Shown piece by piece: positions 20,304-31,217 of a DNA stretch of 64,000 nt. The first letter of the stretch is position 1. The number at the start of each line of letters is the position of its first letter. Location: sequence record DRR723986_7384; one strand, given 5' to 3'. The notes beneath the pieces were generated by a model. The model had not been told where the DNA came from and made no database searches. It saw nothing but the letters and a program-made list of their open reading frames with translations. The translations under genes and the position numbers were made by a program.

Positions 20304-21011
20304 ATGCAAGTTGAACTGCAGGGCGTGGGCAAGACGTTTGGGATTAAGTCGATCTCATTGCAGATCGCCAGCGGTCAGTTGGTAGCTCTTGTTGGAACCA
20401 ATGGTGCTGGCAAATCAACACTCTTGCGGTGCATTGCCAGCCTCTACCAGCCCACCGTCGGACGGATTCTACTCAACGATGAGCCCTTCGACAGAAGGAA
20501 TATCGAACTGCACAAACGGTTGCACTACGTTTCAGATTCACCGCCTGTAGTTGAAAACCAAACGATTCTTGGCCACATCGCTGAGTACTTCGCTGCCTAC
20601 GAGCACTCACCGCACAATTACCAACAACGAGTGCTCGAGCTCCTTGACGAATTCGATCTGTCAGAGCAGCGATACTATCCTCTGAGTCACCTTTCTCGTG
20701 GCCAGCGTTACAAAGCATCTCTGGTCATACAAATTGCTCTCGACCGAGAATTGTGGTTATGCGACGAACCGTTTGCTTCCGGGATTGACGGAGTCGGAAT
20801 GGAAAGGTTTAAGCAGCATGCGCGTGCCGCTAGCCAACGCGGAAGAACGATTATCTACACCACTCAAATCCTCGAGATTGCGGAGTCGTTTTCGGATCAA
20901 ATCTGCATTCTGCACAAGGGAGAGTTGGCTCACTCGCTAACAACTAGTGACTTAGAGCTTGTTTCCGAGAAACAACCAGGCCTGTTAGAGATACTGCAGG
21001 AACTTTCGTAG
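20304..21011 (+). CDS. ABC transporter ATP-binding protein
   Basis: Walker A GTNGAGKS, LSRGQ, Walker B LWLCDEP; GAGGGG RBS before ATG 20304. Confidence 0.9.
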   Translation: MQVELQGVGKTFGIKSISLQIASGQLVALVGTNGAGKSTLLRCIASLYQPTVGRILLNDEPFDRRNIELHKRLHYVSDSPPVVENQTILGHIAEYFAAYEHSPHNYQQRVLELLDEFDLSEQRYYPLSHLSRGQRYKASLVIQIALDRELWLCDEPFASGIDGVGMERFKQHARAASQRGRTIIYTTQILEIAESFSDQICILHKGELAHSLTTSDLELVSEKQPGLLEILQELS

Positions 21012-22814
21012 ATGCAAGCAAGTCCACCAGAGTCTGCACGTCGGATTGAAAGATCACTGCGGAAAGCGAGCGCACAGGATTCCACTTTCCAACAGCGTCT
21101 CTATTTTTGGTCGCAGCGTACCTACTTCTGGGGACTCCGCGTTCGGGGAGCGGTAATGTCATGCTTTGGGCTTGCCTTGCTTTACGTCTTGTGGGGCAAC
21201 GCAGTTCGGTCGTTGGCTTCGGCCCAATCAATGGCTGTCCTCACGGCGTGGGCATCAGCAACACTGGCATCCTTGCAAATCATTAAGCACGAAGGGTCGA
21301 ATTCGATCCTGATCCCTGGAAGTCTAGCCTACTTGCCGGTTCCTGACGCCAGGGTTTGGCGGCGGTATCTCTTCGCATCATCGACCGAGTCGCTCGTTAT
21401 GCTGCCTGCACTCCTGATCTCGTGCGGCTGTCTTGCCGAGCAAATTAATGCACCACTGCACGTGAAGATCAGTCTCTTTTTCGTAATGTCCTTCCTGCAA
21501 CTTGTTTTGACCCTCTTGATAGTGGAGATAGCGCTACGTTTCCGTCGAGTCGCAAACTGGGATGGCTGGGTACACATTCTCCTGGGATCGTTGTTTGGCC
21601 TGATAATGCTGATTTTCAACCTACAGGTATTTGAGCAACTCGTCGACGCAATAGCGCTCAAGGTATCGTGGTTCTGGCCTGCAGCGTGGCCGGCTTTGAT
21701 CGTCGCCAAACCACCACAGGGCTGGAGTGTATTGGATTGCGGCCTGGTGTTTGCAGTCTTATCGGTGCTCTTAGCACTGCTATTCCTGCTGCTGACAATT
21801 CGCGGAGCGCGGCGGTACCGAATCGGAGAAGTGCTCCCTTGGGATGAACAAACTTATGCCTACGGGTTCTCTCCCTGGTTCCACACTCAAGCGAACCTTA
21901 TTGCGTACGAAGCTTGGTGCGACGACTTGCTATACGAGAACACGTTGGCTGCGGACAATGGCGACACAGATGGTCAACAGGCTACTGTAGGCAGCGCTGC
22001 GTCAACGCTCGATAGCGTGACCGACGATACCGACGAAGAGAATTTGGAAGGAATCGGCACAAGCGAAGATTGGCTAGCTGCCGAGCATGAGTTGGATGAA
22101 GATCGATGGCGCAAGGCAAGGAGTACATACCCGCTGAAGTATCTAAGCGAACGCGAGCGAGACATTATTCGAGTTCGGTGCATCAACGCAGATAATGTTC
22201 ACCAACCACGTTGGACTGAAGTGCTTTGGAAGGCGCTCGTGCTTTCAGTCTTCTTGGCTCTTATGCCGCAGATGGCCCAGCCCTATGCAGGCCCATTTCT
22301 AGCTTGGCTACTATTTGGCCAAACGCTTTCTTCAGTCTTTGCACAGGGCTTTATTCGCATTCGCCAGCTACCTTACACGGCCGAACACATAATCGCCGCT
22401 GAGATGAAGTATCGACTGCTGGTAGCCGCTTCACTTGCGGTTCCGATCGTGCCAGCAACGATATTGGTTGGCCAGCACTTTGGCTTGAGTGTACTACAGT
22501 GTATTGATATGAGTGTTCGCGTCGCTCTCGTGCTCGCACTTGCAATCGTTCTATTTCTGTTCGTCTCGCTCATAGAGAGGACCCAGCCGAGATTGATTCA
22601 CTTGCGTTCGCTTTTTAGGTCGCTATGGCTAATCGCAACTGCCGTAGTGGCTGCAGTAGGTGCAATCGTCACACTTGTCGAATTTGGCTGGGTGGCCTAT
22701 GCCGGCGCAGTTGCGGCGCTGATCGGAACCAAGATGTTTTATCACGCGATACTGAATTTGTACTACGCGCGTGAACTTGATTTCGTTGAACAGCAGCTAG
22801 ACCGGAACGCCTAA
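21012..22814 (+). CDS. Polytopic membrane protein, probable ABC exporter permease
   Basis: Abuts the ATPase stop codon. Two blocks of about 5-6 TM helices are separated by an acidic loop. Confidence 0.65.
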   Translation: MQASPPESARRIERSLRKASAQDSTFQQRLYFWSQRTYFWGLRVRGAVMSCFGLALLYVLWGNAVRSLASAQSMAVLTAWASATLASLQIIKHEGSNSILIPGSLAYLPVPDARVWRRYLFASSTESLVMLPALLISCGCLAEQINAPLHVKISLFFVMSFLQLVLTLLIVEIALRFRRVANWDGWVHILLGSLFGLIMLIFNLQVFEQLVDAIALKVSWFWPAAWPALIVAKPPQGWSVLDCGLVFAVLSVLLALLFLLLTIRGARRYRIGEVLPWDEQTYAYGFSPWFHTQANLIAYEAWCDDLLYENTLAADNGDTDGQQATVGSAASTLDSVTDDTDEENLEGIGTSEDWLAAEHELDEDRWRKARSTYPLKYLSERERDIIRVRCINADNVHQPRWTEVLWKALVLSVFLALMPQMAQPYAGPFLAWLLFGQTLSSVFAQGFIRIRQLPYTAEHIIAAEMKYRLLVAASLAVPIVPATILVGQHFGLSVLQCIDMSVRVALVLALAIVLFLFVSLIERTQPRLIHLRSLFRSLWLIATAVVAAVGAIVTLVEFGWVAYAGAVAALIGTKMFYHAILNLYYARELDFVEQQLDRNA

Positions 22815-23137
22815 CCCGCTTTTGCCCAAGCGATTTCGCGAAGTCCCTCTTCCACTCGAGAGACGACGGTCGATTCCATCTTTCGACGGAACGGCGCTGC
22901 TGAGTCGGGAATCTCGCCATGTAGCTGCACAACATCGTCGAAGACTTCGGCCGTCCAGCGAATGTTGTAGCCGTAGGCGGCGAAACCTACATCCATTCGG
23001 TGATCGGTTAGATGCATCGTGACCTGGTGCACTTGCTCCGGAAACCGCTGCGATAAATTCGCCAACAGCGACTGCATGCGTCCAACTGCTGCCTGTTGGC
23101 CGAGGCTGTGTTGAACTTCAGAATTGATTTGTATCAT
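22811..23137 (-). CDS. Polyhydroxyalkanoic acid system (PHA_gran_rgn)-like protein
   Basis: VQHSLGQQAAVGR...FAAYGYNI...V.LHGEIP..AAPFRRKMESTV pattern. Confidence 0.65.
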   Translation of the reverse strand: MIQINSEVQHSLGQQAAVGRMQSLLANLSQRFPEQVHQVTMHLTDHRMDVGFAAYGYNIRWTAEVFDDVVQLHGEIPDSAAPFRRKMESTVVSRVEEGLREIAWAKAG

Positions 23138-23522
23138 TGCTTCCCCCAAATTCTTGTCGCGGGACTCTCCCTTAAAAGCTTGGCAAACTGCCAGAGCGCA
23201 ACATCATGCCCGCGAGCTGCGCTGGTTAAACGCGCCGAGGGCACTTTGGTCGTAGCAAGAATCTGGCCGCCGCATCTAGGGCGATTCTGACGGTCAAAGA
23301 CAGCAATTCCTAACCATTGCTGGCCTCGACTGGACCGAAATAGCCTGTCCAGGAAGACGCCATCGCCGTGCTAGTGAACGGGCGTCCCCCGGGGGTAAAG
23401 TTCGATACTATACGATTCGATTAGTTTCTCAGGTTGTAATCCTTTATGATAAGTATTCGGAAGGCCCGATTTGAGGGCTTCCACGTCGCCTTCTCATGCG
23501 TTTCATTTTGCGGTAGTCCAAT

Positions 23523-25187
23523 ATGCGTAGAGAACTTGTTCGCCTTTGTTTTGCGTGCCTCCTGAGCGTGTTTTGCTTGCACGTAATCGGAGTAGCCCAG
23601 GAACCGAACACCTCTCGGGGCCCAAGAACGTCCGAGGAAATGTCGGCCCGCGTCGACGAGATTCTGCTGACTTCGATGAAAGAGCGAGGCTGGGCGCCGG
23701 CTGTAGCATGCGACGATGCAGAGTTTTTGAGGCGGGCGTACCTGGACCTTGCCGGCAGACCGCCGACTGGGCGAAGGACGCTCGATTTTCTCGAGCAATC
23801 AAGTTCTGACAAAGACGCAGAACTAATCGACGAACTGCTCACTTCACGCGAGGGGGCGAAACACCTGGCGAGCATCTGGTCCGGCTGGCTCTTACCGGAG
23901 GAGAACGCAGGCAATCCGTTTGTACAACGGAACGCTGGCTTGCCAACCTGGCTCGAAGAACGCTTTTCCCGCAATCTACGATACGATCGACTTGTGGCTG
24001 ATCTAATGGTTGCCACTGGGACACCCGATGGCGGTCCTGCAGGCTTTTTCGTAGCCCTGGGCGCTGAACCGAAACGTATCGCCGCCAAGACCGCACGAGT
24101 GTTCATGGGTGTCCAACTTGATTGTGCTGAGTGCCATGACCACCCGTTCGATCGCTGGAGCCAACGCGACTTCTGGGGATACGCCGCATACTTTGCGCAA
24201 ATTTCCGCGGCGGACTCGGCTCCTGGGATGATGGCTCAATCCATTGGCGACCGAAGTGAGGGCGATGTTACGCTGCCGGAGACCGACGAGATCGTCCCAC
24301 CAAAACCGCTTGTCGATACGGGATTTTCTGGAAGCCAACTTGGAACGCGACGCCAACAGTTAACGCTGTGGCTTACCGCCCGCGAGAACCCGTTCTTGGC
24401 ACGTGCAACCGTCAATCGCGTTTGGGCAATCTTGTTCGGACGTGGCCTGATTGAACCTATCGACGACATGCGTTCCATTGACATGGCGTCGCACCCAGAA
24501 TTGCTCGTTGAACTGTCAGAATACTTCGCAGCAACAAATTACGACCTGCGAAAACTTTTTCGAACGCTAGCCAACACGCAAGCCTACCGGCGAGCAACGT
24601 TGCACCCCAACGGTGAGCCACCGGAAGACAGTTTTGCGGTGATGGTCAACAAACCGCTGACCGAACAGCAAATGGCGGCGAGTATTGCACAAGCTGCGGG
24701 CCAAGTTACTGGGCAGCAGAGCGATGCGTTACGTCGCTCCATCGAAACACAGCTTGGCAAACTTCGCGGAGATGCAAGCGCTGCGAAGCTGGGGATTGTA
24801 AGTGCACTGGTTACGCTGCATGGCACTTCGGTTGATGGTGTTTCACGCGAACAGTCGAGCCGGCTTATCAAGGCTCTGGAAGCCCCATTTATGGACGACA
24901 GCAAACGTATACGCTGGCTCTTCCTGGCAACACTCAGCCGACTTCCGACCGAACAAGAGCATGACGCACTTCTCTCAATCGCCAAGCGTGAACGGGCGGC
25001 TGCCGAGAAAGCAGTTAATGACAACTCAGAAAAGGCTCCGGATCTTGCTGAGGCAGACGCCTCCGACGACACCGCGGTTTCGGCGGAATCAGGCGATCTC
25101 CCCAGCAGCTCAAAGGGCCAAGTCCAGTGGCAAAGCGATTTGCTTTGGGCATTGCTCAACTCGACAGAGTTTGCGATGACGCCTTAA
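23523..25187 (+). CDS. DUF1549/DUF1553 planctomycete protein
   Basis: FLRRAYLDLAGRPPT, LDCAECHDHP, VNRVWAILFGRGL, LLWALLNSTEF. Confidence 0.9.
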   Translation: MRRELVRLCFACLLSVFCLHVIGVAQEPNTSRGPRTSEEMSARVDEILLTSMKERGWAPAVACDDAEFLRRAYLDLAGRPPTGRRTLDFLEQSSSDKDAELIDELLTSREGAKHLASIWSGWLLPEENAGNPFVQRNAGLPTWLEERFSRNLRYDRLVADLMVATGTPDGGPAGFFVALGAEPKRIAAKTARVFMGVQLDCAECHDHPFDRWSQRDFWGYAAYFAQISAADSAPGMMAQSIGDRSEGDVTLPETDEIVPPKPLVDTGFSGSQLGTRRQQLTLWLTARENPFLARATVNRVWAILFGRGLIEPIDDMRSIDMASHPELLVELSEYFAATNYDLRKLFRTLANTQAYRRATLHPNGEPPEDSFAVMVNKPLTEQQMAASIAQAAGQVTGQQSDALRRSIETQLGKLRGDASAAKLGIVSALVTLHGTSVDGVSREQSSRLIKALEAPFMDDSKRIRWLFLATLSRLPTEQEHDALLSIAKRERAAAEKAVNDNSEKAPDLAEADASDDTAVSAESGDLPSSSKGQVQWQSDLLWALLNSTEFAMTP

Positions 25188-25209
25188 CGGGCCATACGCT
25201 CCGCGGCGA

Positions 25210-28200
25210 TCAAAACTCGATGCTCTGCGGATCTAACACGACGTGCTTAACGCGTTCCCGCTTGTGTGTGTAGGTGATGTGGACCAGGCCATCGTCCGAT
25301 TGGATGATCGCCGGATAGCTGAACTCTGCACCTTTTTCGTTCTCTAGCTCACCTACCTGTTCCCATTTCCTGCCATCTTTGGAGATAGCAAGATTCAACA
25401 ATCCTCTGCGGCCCCAGCCAGTCTTGCCTGAAGAGAGGTGGTTATAAACGAGAAGATGCCGACCATCGGACAGAGTCACCGCCTCGATACCAGAATTGGG
25501 ATTCGGCAAATCTGTTGCTTCCAGTTTGGACCAAGAATGGCCAAGATCGCTGGAAAAGCTTGTGGCTATAACACCTTCCTTGGTGCGGCATAAGGCTTGC
25601 AATTGAGTGGCGCCTTCACTGCGATGCACCAGTAGAGTTGGCTGAATCGCATTAAACTCACTTGCATCATTGATCGGACCAACGCGTTTCCAAACACCCG
25701 CTGGCTGACCATCGGAAAGTTTGGTGATTTCGAAGTGGACCGTCCAGCCGTCGTACTCGGTTGAAGATCCGCACAGCAGCGTCTCCCCACCCAACAACAC
25801 TGGCTTACATCGCACAGGGCCGTCAATTCCCTCTGGAAGCCTGCGGCGATCGCGAAATGTTCGGCCCCGATCGTACGAAACCATCATTTCCCCCCACCAC
25901 TGGCGCGGGTTTGGACCGACTTTGAAGAACAGAAGAGTTGGCGCGTCACCGGGCGGTTGGTACAGCACAGGATTCCAGCACGGGTACCGAAGTCCATCGT
26001 GCTGCACGCCGTTTGCCACCTCAAGCGGGCGACTCCATTTGAGCCCGTCATGATAGCTCACCCAGATGCCAACATCCTCTTTGCCCTCTTTCTCTCCGCC
26101 GAACCATGAGGCTACTAGTCCTCGCGAGGTTTCACAAATCGTTGAAGCATGACACTCCTGAAACGGAGCCTTCTCAAACACAAACGATTCACTGACAAGG
26201 CCTGGCAAACGCTGAGAATCACGCTCGACGGCTTCGCGGGCTGAAGTCTCGCTAGGCGAATAGGTAACGCAGTCTTGATGTGAGACATAGTAGATTCGCC
26301 CGTTTTCGCTCCCAACCAGCAGATCCGGTTTTCCATCTTGATCAAAGTCGCAACTAGCGGGGCTCGACGTATGGCCAGCTACGTTGCGATCGGCGAGGTT
26401 CCCCACACGTTTCAGAACAACTTTTCCCTTGCGAGTTTCGCAGTTGCGGTACCACGTCGCGTTCTCCGAGTTCACCAGTATGTCAAGTCTGCCGTCTTGA
26501 TCCCAATCGACAACAGCCAGTTTGACGCGGCCAGAACGCCCGCAAGAACCGGCGTTTAGGCGAAGAGCCCGATTGTCTTCGTCGACGAAAACCCGCTCAG
26601 CCGCTCCCGCCCCCGAGCGCAGCGTGAGGTATCCTTCTTGGTCGAGCATCACTAGGTCCAGACGATCGTCCGCGTCAAAGTCAATCGCAACCGGCGTCGT
26701 TCGCCACTGTGTGAGGGTCGATGTCGATGGCGTCTGCCACCAAGCCCACTTGGGTGGCAGTTCGCGAACACCAAAGTCGACTTTCTGCCGCACAAACACA
26801 TCGTCGTCGTTGATTAGCATTCCAACGCGACCGAGGATCGAGTTGTACACGATATCGCCATCGCCGTCGTTATCCCAGTCAGCGACCGAAAGAGTCGTGT
26901 AACCCCACTTAGCTTCGCAGGGGCCTTGAATCGAGCCGTTGGTTCCCGCCATGATTCGAAACGGACGAATACTCCCATCCGCCCGCCTTTCGCGAAGCAG
27001 CTTCGGCGCATCCCACTGATTCTGTCCCGATTCGATTTGCCCAAGATTCTCGAACCAGCCAATTGAGCCTGCGGTGTTCCCGCACACGATGTCTTGATCA
27101 CCATCGCCGTCCCAATCGTATGCGTAAGGAGTGGCCAGTGCACCAAACTTGAGCTCATCGGCCTTCTGCTGAAAGTACTTGGGTGATTCGAAGACCGGCA
27201 CACCGGCGTCGAGCGCCCCCGAGTTCTCGACTAAGGCAACACGGCCATCTTCATCACCAACGACCAAATCAAAGTCTCCGTCCTGATCCCAGTCGACGGC
27301 TGTCGGTGTAATCATCTGTAAATGCATGGAAAGCAGATCGCCAGAACGATCACGCAGCTTCTGACCGACCGCATACTTGGGCCTTTCGCGTGAACCGATG
27401 TTCTGAAAGTAGGTAAAGCCATCGAGAAACTCACCACAAAGTAGATCGAGATCGCCGTCACCATCAAAGTCAACAAAGTTAGGCGAAGGCCATCCGTAGA
27501 CGTCTACTTCGCTCCCTCCAGCCTGAAGCCGAAACGGAGTTTGGCTAAATTGCGGCGACGCATCAGTGCCTTCATTCAAGACAATGTAAACGTAACCGTG
27601 CAGCGGCCCATTCTGCCAACGCCCTTGGTTATCGTATGCATGGTCCCAACCAAGATCAGACCAGTCACCGATACCGATCGCCAGATCATGATCGCCATCG
27701 GAGTCGTAGTCCACATACCGCCACATATTGGCTCGGATTCGACCTTTTGTTGCATGCGGGTTTGCGGCTGAGTCGATGCTCGCGGGCTTGGAGAAGTCAA
27801 AACGGCCAGAGGTGGAGTCCCTTCGATACTCTTTGCCAGGTCGCAAGACAACGGACTCATCGCCCTTCTGGCTCAGCATCATGTAATGGTAGCCGTTGCC
27901 GATTCGTACTCCGGGAAGGAATACTGGCATCACTACACTGGGATCCTGCGTTGGATTCTCAAAGAAGTAAGTCCCTAACGAAGGCTTATCAGGACAACTT
28001 ACCAGCAGATCCATATCCCCGTCTTGGTCGTAGTCGATCGGTAACGGGTAGGCCCAAAGTCCCACACCTAGATCGACGACCAGACCGGGATTGTTGTATT
28101 TCAGCGGCACCAACTTGGGCTCCGCTGCGCAGCACGAATTCGCAAGCTGCATAACTCCGACAAGCACCAGAGCGAGCCATACAAAAGGCTTCCGAACAAT

Positions 28201-28218
28201 CGACACTAAATGATACAT
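25210..28218 (-). CDS. Secreted FG-GAP/VCBS repeat protein fused to a BNR (sialidase-like) domain
   Basis: Many DxDxDGDxDL repeats, then ECHASTI, WNPVL, Asp-boxes SYDRGRTF / SSDLGHSW / SKDGRKW, PNPNSG, FSYP. Start taken at MYHLVS. Confidence 0.88.
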   Translation of the reverse strand: MYHLVSIVRKPFVWLALVLVGVMQLANSCCAAEPKLVPLKYNNPGLVVDLGVGLWAYPLPIDYDQDGDMDLLVSCPDKPSLGTYFFENPTQDPSVVMPVFLPGVRIGNGYHYMMLSQKGDESVVLRPGKEYRRDSTSGRFDFSKPASIDSAANPHATKGRIRANMWRYVDYDSDGDHDLAIGIGDWSDLGWDHAYDNQGRWQNGPLHGYVYIVLNEGTDASPQFSQTPFRLQAGGSEVDVYGWPSPNFVDFDGDGDLDLLCGEFLDGFTYFQNIGSRERPKYAVGQKLRDRSGDLLSMHLQMITPTAVDWDQDGDFDLVVGDEDGRVALVENSGALDAGVPVFESPKYFQQKADELKFGALATPYAYDWDGDGDQDIVCGNTAGSIGWFENLGQIESGQNQWDAPKLLRERRADGSIRPFRIMAGTNGSIQGPCEAKWGYTTLSVADWDNDGDGDIVYNSILGRVGMLINDDDVFVRQKVDFGVRELPPKWAWWQTPSTSTLTQWRTTPVAIDFDADDRLDLVMLDQEGYLTLRSGAGAAERVFVDEDNRALRLNAGSCGRSGRVKLAVVDWDQDGRLDILVNSENATWYRNCETRKGKVVLKRVGNLADRNVAGHTSSPASCDFDQDGKPDLLVGSENGRIYYVSHQDCVTYSPSETSAREAVERDSQRLPGLVSESFVFEKAPFQECHASTICETSRGLVASWFGGEKEGKEDVGIWVSYHDGLKWSRPLEVANGVQHDGLRYPCWNPVLYQPPGDAPTLLFFKVGPNPRQWWGEMMVSYDRGRTFRDRRRLPEGIDGPVRCKPVLLGGETLLCGSSTEYDGWTVHFEITKLSDGQPAGVWKRVGPINDASEFNAIQPTLLVHRSEGATQLQALCRTKEGVIATSFSSDLGHSWSKLEATDLPNPNSGIEAVTLSDGRHLLVYNHLSSGKTGWGRRGLLNLAISKDGRKWEQVGELENEKGAEFSYPAIIQSDDGLVHITYTHKRERVKHVVLDPQSIEF

Positions 28219-28431
28219 CGGCACACCACTTAAATAATGAATTAGCTGAGCCGACAGTATACCCATCTCGCCAACCGCACGCGCGCCAGCTTGTAGTGCC
28301 TGGGGCAAAGATTCACGACGCAGAGTCTTCCGTTGCCGCCGCGCGATTCGCTCGCTGCGAATAATTGTCAATGAAGTCGCGACGCCCCCGCTAGTTCATT
28401 TAATGCCAAACTCAGCCTCGAACGAATGGGC

Positions 28432-29919
28432 TCACCTAGGTTGAGCGCGTCGCGCCCCGATACTATCGAGACGGCTGTTCAGCTCTGACAAAAGGTCAGT
28501 GGCCAACTTACTGTCTGTCCGACTGAGATCGTTCTGCTCGGAAACATCGGCTCGCAAATCATACAGCTCCGAATGCTCAGTCTCCGCAAAATGCAATAAC
28601 TTGTACCTACCGCGGCGAATCGCGGACTGAGGTTTCGTCTTGCTGGTTGCAAAATCGCCGACGCCAATTCTATCGATTGCCTTCGAATAGGTGCTTTCGG
28701 GATGGTAGTAGGGGAAATGCCAGATCAGGCTTCGAGCTGACTCTTCTGGTGCATTCCGAAGTTCCGAAACCAGGCTAACACCATCTAGATCGACCGGAAA
28801 ATCCGATTTCTGCACGCCAGCAATTTCGGCAAAGGTCGGCAAGAGATCGTAGCCAATCGTCGGTACCTGCGATGTCCGACCTCGCGCGACTACGCCAGGC
28901 CAGCGTGCGATCATTGGAACGCGAATCCCTCCTTCGTAGAGATTCCATTTCGAACCTCTGAGCGGCGCGTTGTTTGAAAACTCTGGATGCCCACCATTGT
29001 CACTCATGAAAAACACAAGTGTTTCGTCGGCTAATTGGGAATTCTCAATTGCGTCGAGTATCGTGCCAACGTGATGATCAAGTGTCTCAACAAACGCGGC
29101 ATACTCCAATCGTTGCTCGCGGTTGGTCGAACCAGCGGGCAGCCTATCTTCATACTTCTCGACCAACCAGCGACAACGATTTTTCACGGGTGTGTGTACG
29201 TAGAACGACGAAACCATCAAGAAGAACGGGATATCCGATTCTGCACTTTTCCCGATGTGTTCAACAACACTGTTGATCATCGTGTCTTCGGGAAACTTCC
29301 CAGGCGGAAGATCGGGTTGCTTGTCCTTCTTCTTCCAGGAGTACGGATGATCGCCAAAGTCCTCGACAGCGAACTCGAATCCCTGCTTCCGCGGTCCGAA
29401 CTGCGGATCCCAAGCGAGGTATCGCCCTTGGTAGTGCCGATTCAGGTGCCACTTTCCGAAAAACGCCGTTGCGTAGCCAGTTTGCTTGAGCAGTTCCGCC
29501 AGGGTGACTTCAGACAGCGGTAGGTTGAGCGTGTATGGCGGCGTGTCCAACGCCACAGGTGCATCGATACGCTGTCGCCCAGGCTTTCCTTTGGTCACGA
29601 ATTCGAAATGGAGTCGGGCCGGACTCTTGCCAGTCAGGATGCTTGCTCGCGAGGCCGAGCAAATCGGCGCGGGTGCATAACCGTCGGTGAACCGCAAACC
29701 CTGCGAAGCAAGCCTGTCAATATTCGGAGTGCGATGGTATTGATGCCCGTAACAGGCCAAGTCAGACCAACCCAAATCGTCAACGAGAATGAAGACGATG
29801 TTTGGACGCGAGCCATCGGCAAGCAACGATGCCTGGCTACAGCACAAGACGATCACCCCGAAAGCGATCCGACCAAACTGCCGAATCCTCAGGTTGAATA
29901 TACGCTCACGTTCGATCAA
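28432..29919 (-). CDS. S1 sulfatase
   Basis: [50 protein letters not shown]. Confidence 0.93.
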   Translation of the reverse strand: MIERERIFNLRIRQFGRIAFGVIVLCCSQASLLADGSRPNIVFILVDDLGWSDLACYGHQYHRTPNIDRLASQGLRFTDGYAPAPICSASRASILTGKSPARLHFEFVTKGKPGRQRIDAPVALDTPPYTLNLPLSEVTLAELLKQTGYATAFFGKWHLNRHYQGRYLAWDPQFGPRKQGFEFAVEDFGDHPYSWKKKDKQPDLPPGKFPEDTMINSVVEHIGKSAESDIPFFLMVSSFYVHTPVKNRCRWLVEKYEDRLPAGSTNREQRLEYAAFVETLDHHVGTILDAIENSQLADETLVFFMSDNGGHPEFSNNAPLRGSKWNLYEGGIRVPMIARWPGVVARGRTSQVPTIGYDLLPTFAEIAGVQKSDFPVDLDGVSLVSELRNAPEESARSLIWHFPYYHPESTYSKAIDRIGVGDFATSKTKPQSAIRRGRYKLLHFAETEHSELYDLRADVSEQNDLSRTDSKLATDLLSELNSRLDSIGARRAQPR

Positions 29920-31208
29920 ACCAATCCATCCATTGTGGACTTGCCTGTCGCGAAGCTGTCGGTCTCGATCCCCATCTCCTGAATAATGTTCACGAACATG
30001 TTCGGAAGCGGGTAATTATTCTTCCGATCAAAGGCCAAGTGTTGCCCGTGACGGAACTCTCCTCCAGCCAACAACACCGGCATGTTGCGGTTGTCGTGGT
30101 TGGACGCGTTGCCCAGATTGCTGGTCAGGAGCACTGTCGTGTTATCGAGCAAGTTGCCGTGCTCATCTTCCGTCTTGGAGAGCGAACGGACGAACTCACC
30201 CCATTGGCGAATGATCGCAAGTTCAACCAAGGCCAACTGTGCGAGCTTTTCTTCGTCCAGCCCGTGGTGGCTGAGCGCGTGGTAGCCCTCGTTGACACCT
30301 TCGATCGGCAGAACGCCGCCAGCGCCAGGAATGTGCAACGTGATGAACCGGCTGGAATCTGTCTCAAGTGCCAGCTTAACAACATCTAACATCATTTTCT
30401 GTCGACCGACCAAGTCGCTTCCGTCACGAATGTCCACTGGCGGAGCCGCAGCAACTTTGGGCTTCGGTCGCATCGACCAAGCATGCGACTTGGCCATTCG
30501 TTTCTCGAGATGCCGTACACTCGTGAAGTATTCATCCAGCCGATCGCGGTCAGCAGCCCCCAACTCACGCTGCAGCGAACGCGCATCGTCGCCAACGAGG
30601 TCCATGATGGACCGCCCTTGCTTGATGCGGCCCGCTTGTTGCTCTTGCTTGGACGCCGATTCGTTGATGAACAACTTCGTAAATAGTCGCCGTGGCGAAT
30701 CTTCTGGCGAAATCATCGCACCGCTTTCGGTGTAGCACGGGCTTGTGCTACCGCCAGTATTGAGGACCAACGAGGCGAAACGCGTAGCGTCACCAAGATG
30801 CTTTGCCAAATACTGATCAAGCGATATTGAGTTCTTGGCTCGACCGCTGGTGCCCATGGCGGTTGCGGTCAGAATGCTCGCCTCAGCGCGGTGTCCACCT
30901 TTAACGCCTGGGTGCGACACTCCCGACACTACTGTTACTCGATCGCGGATATCCTGAAGTGGCTGCAGGTAGCGCGAGGGCTCGTAGTCCTTGCCCTTGG
31001 TAGCCGGAACCAAGTTGTCAGCCACGAGACCTAGGCCAAGTGTGGTCGCAACAAAACGTTTCGCCTTGGGCGCATCGTTTGAAGCATTGGCGAACTTCAT
31101 CGCACCAAGCCACGGCAGGCTCATCGAGACGCCTAGTCCACGGAGTACCGTTCGTCGGCTGATAAAACGTCCAAAACTAAATGAAACACGCTTATTCTGA
31201 ATTGTCAT
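29916..31208 (-). CDS. DUF1552 family Tat-exported protein
   Basis: SRRTVLRG twin-arginine motif, [37 protein letters not shown]. Confidence 0.9.
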   Translation of the reverse strand: MTIQNKRVSFSFGRFISRRTVLRGLGVSMSLPWLGAMKFANASNDAPKAKRFVATTLGLGLVADNLVPATKGKDYEPSRYLQPLQDIRDRVTVVSGVSHPGVKGGHRAEASILTATAMGTSGRAKNSISLDQYLAKHLGDATRFASLVLNTGGSTSPCYTESGAMISPEDSPRRLFTKLFINESASKQEQQAGRIKQGRSIMDLVGDDARSLQRELGAADRDRLDEYFTSVRHLEKRMAKSHAWSMRPKPKVAAAPPVDIRDGSDLVGRQKMMLDVVKLALETDSSRFITLHIPGAGGVLPIEGVNEGYHALSHHGLDEEKLAQLALVELAIIRQWGEFVRSLSKTEDEHGNLLDNTTVLLTSNLGNASNHDNRNMPVLLAGGEFRHGQHLAFDRKNNYPLPNMFVNIIQEMGIETDSFATGKSTMDGLV

Positions 31209-31217
31209 CGTCTTCCG

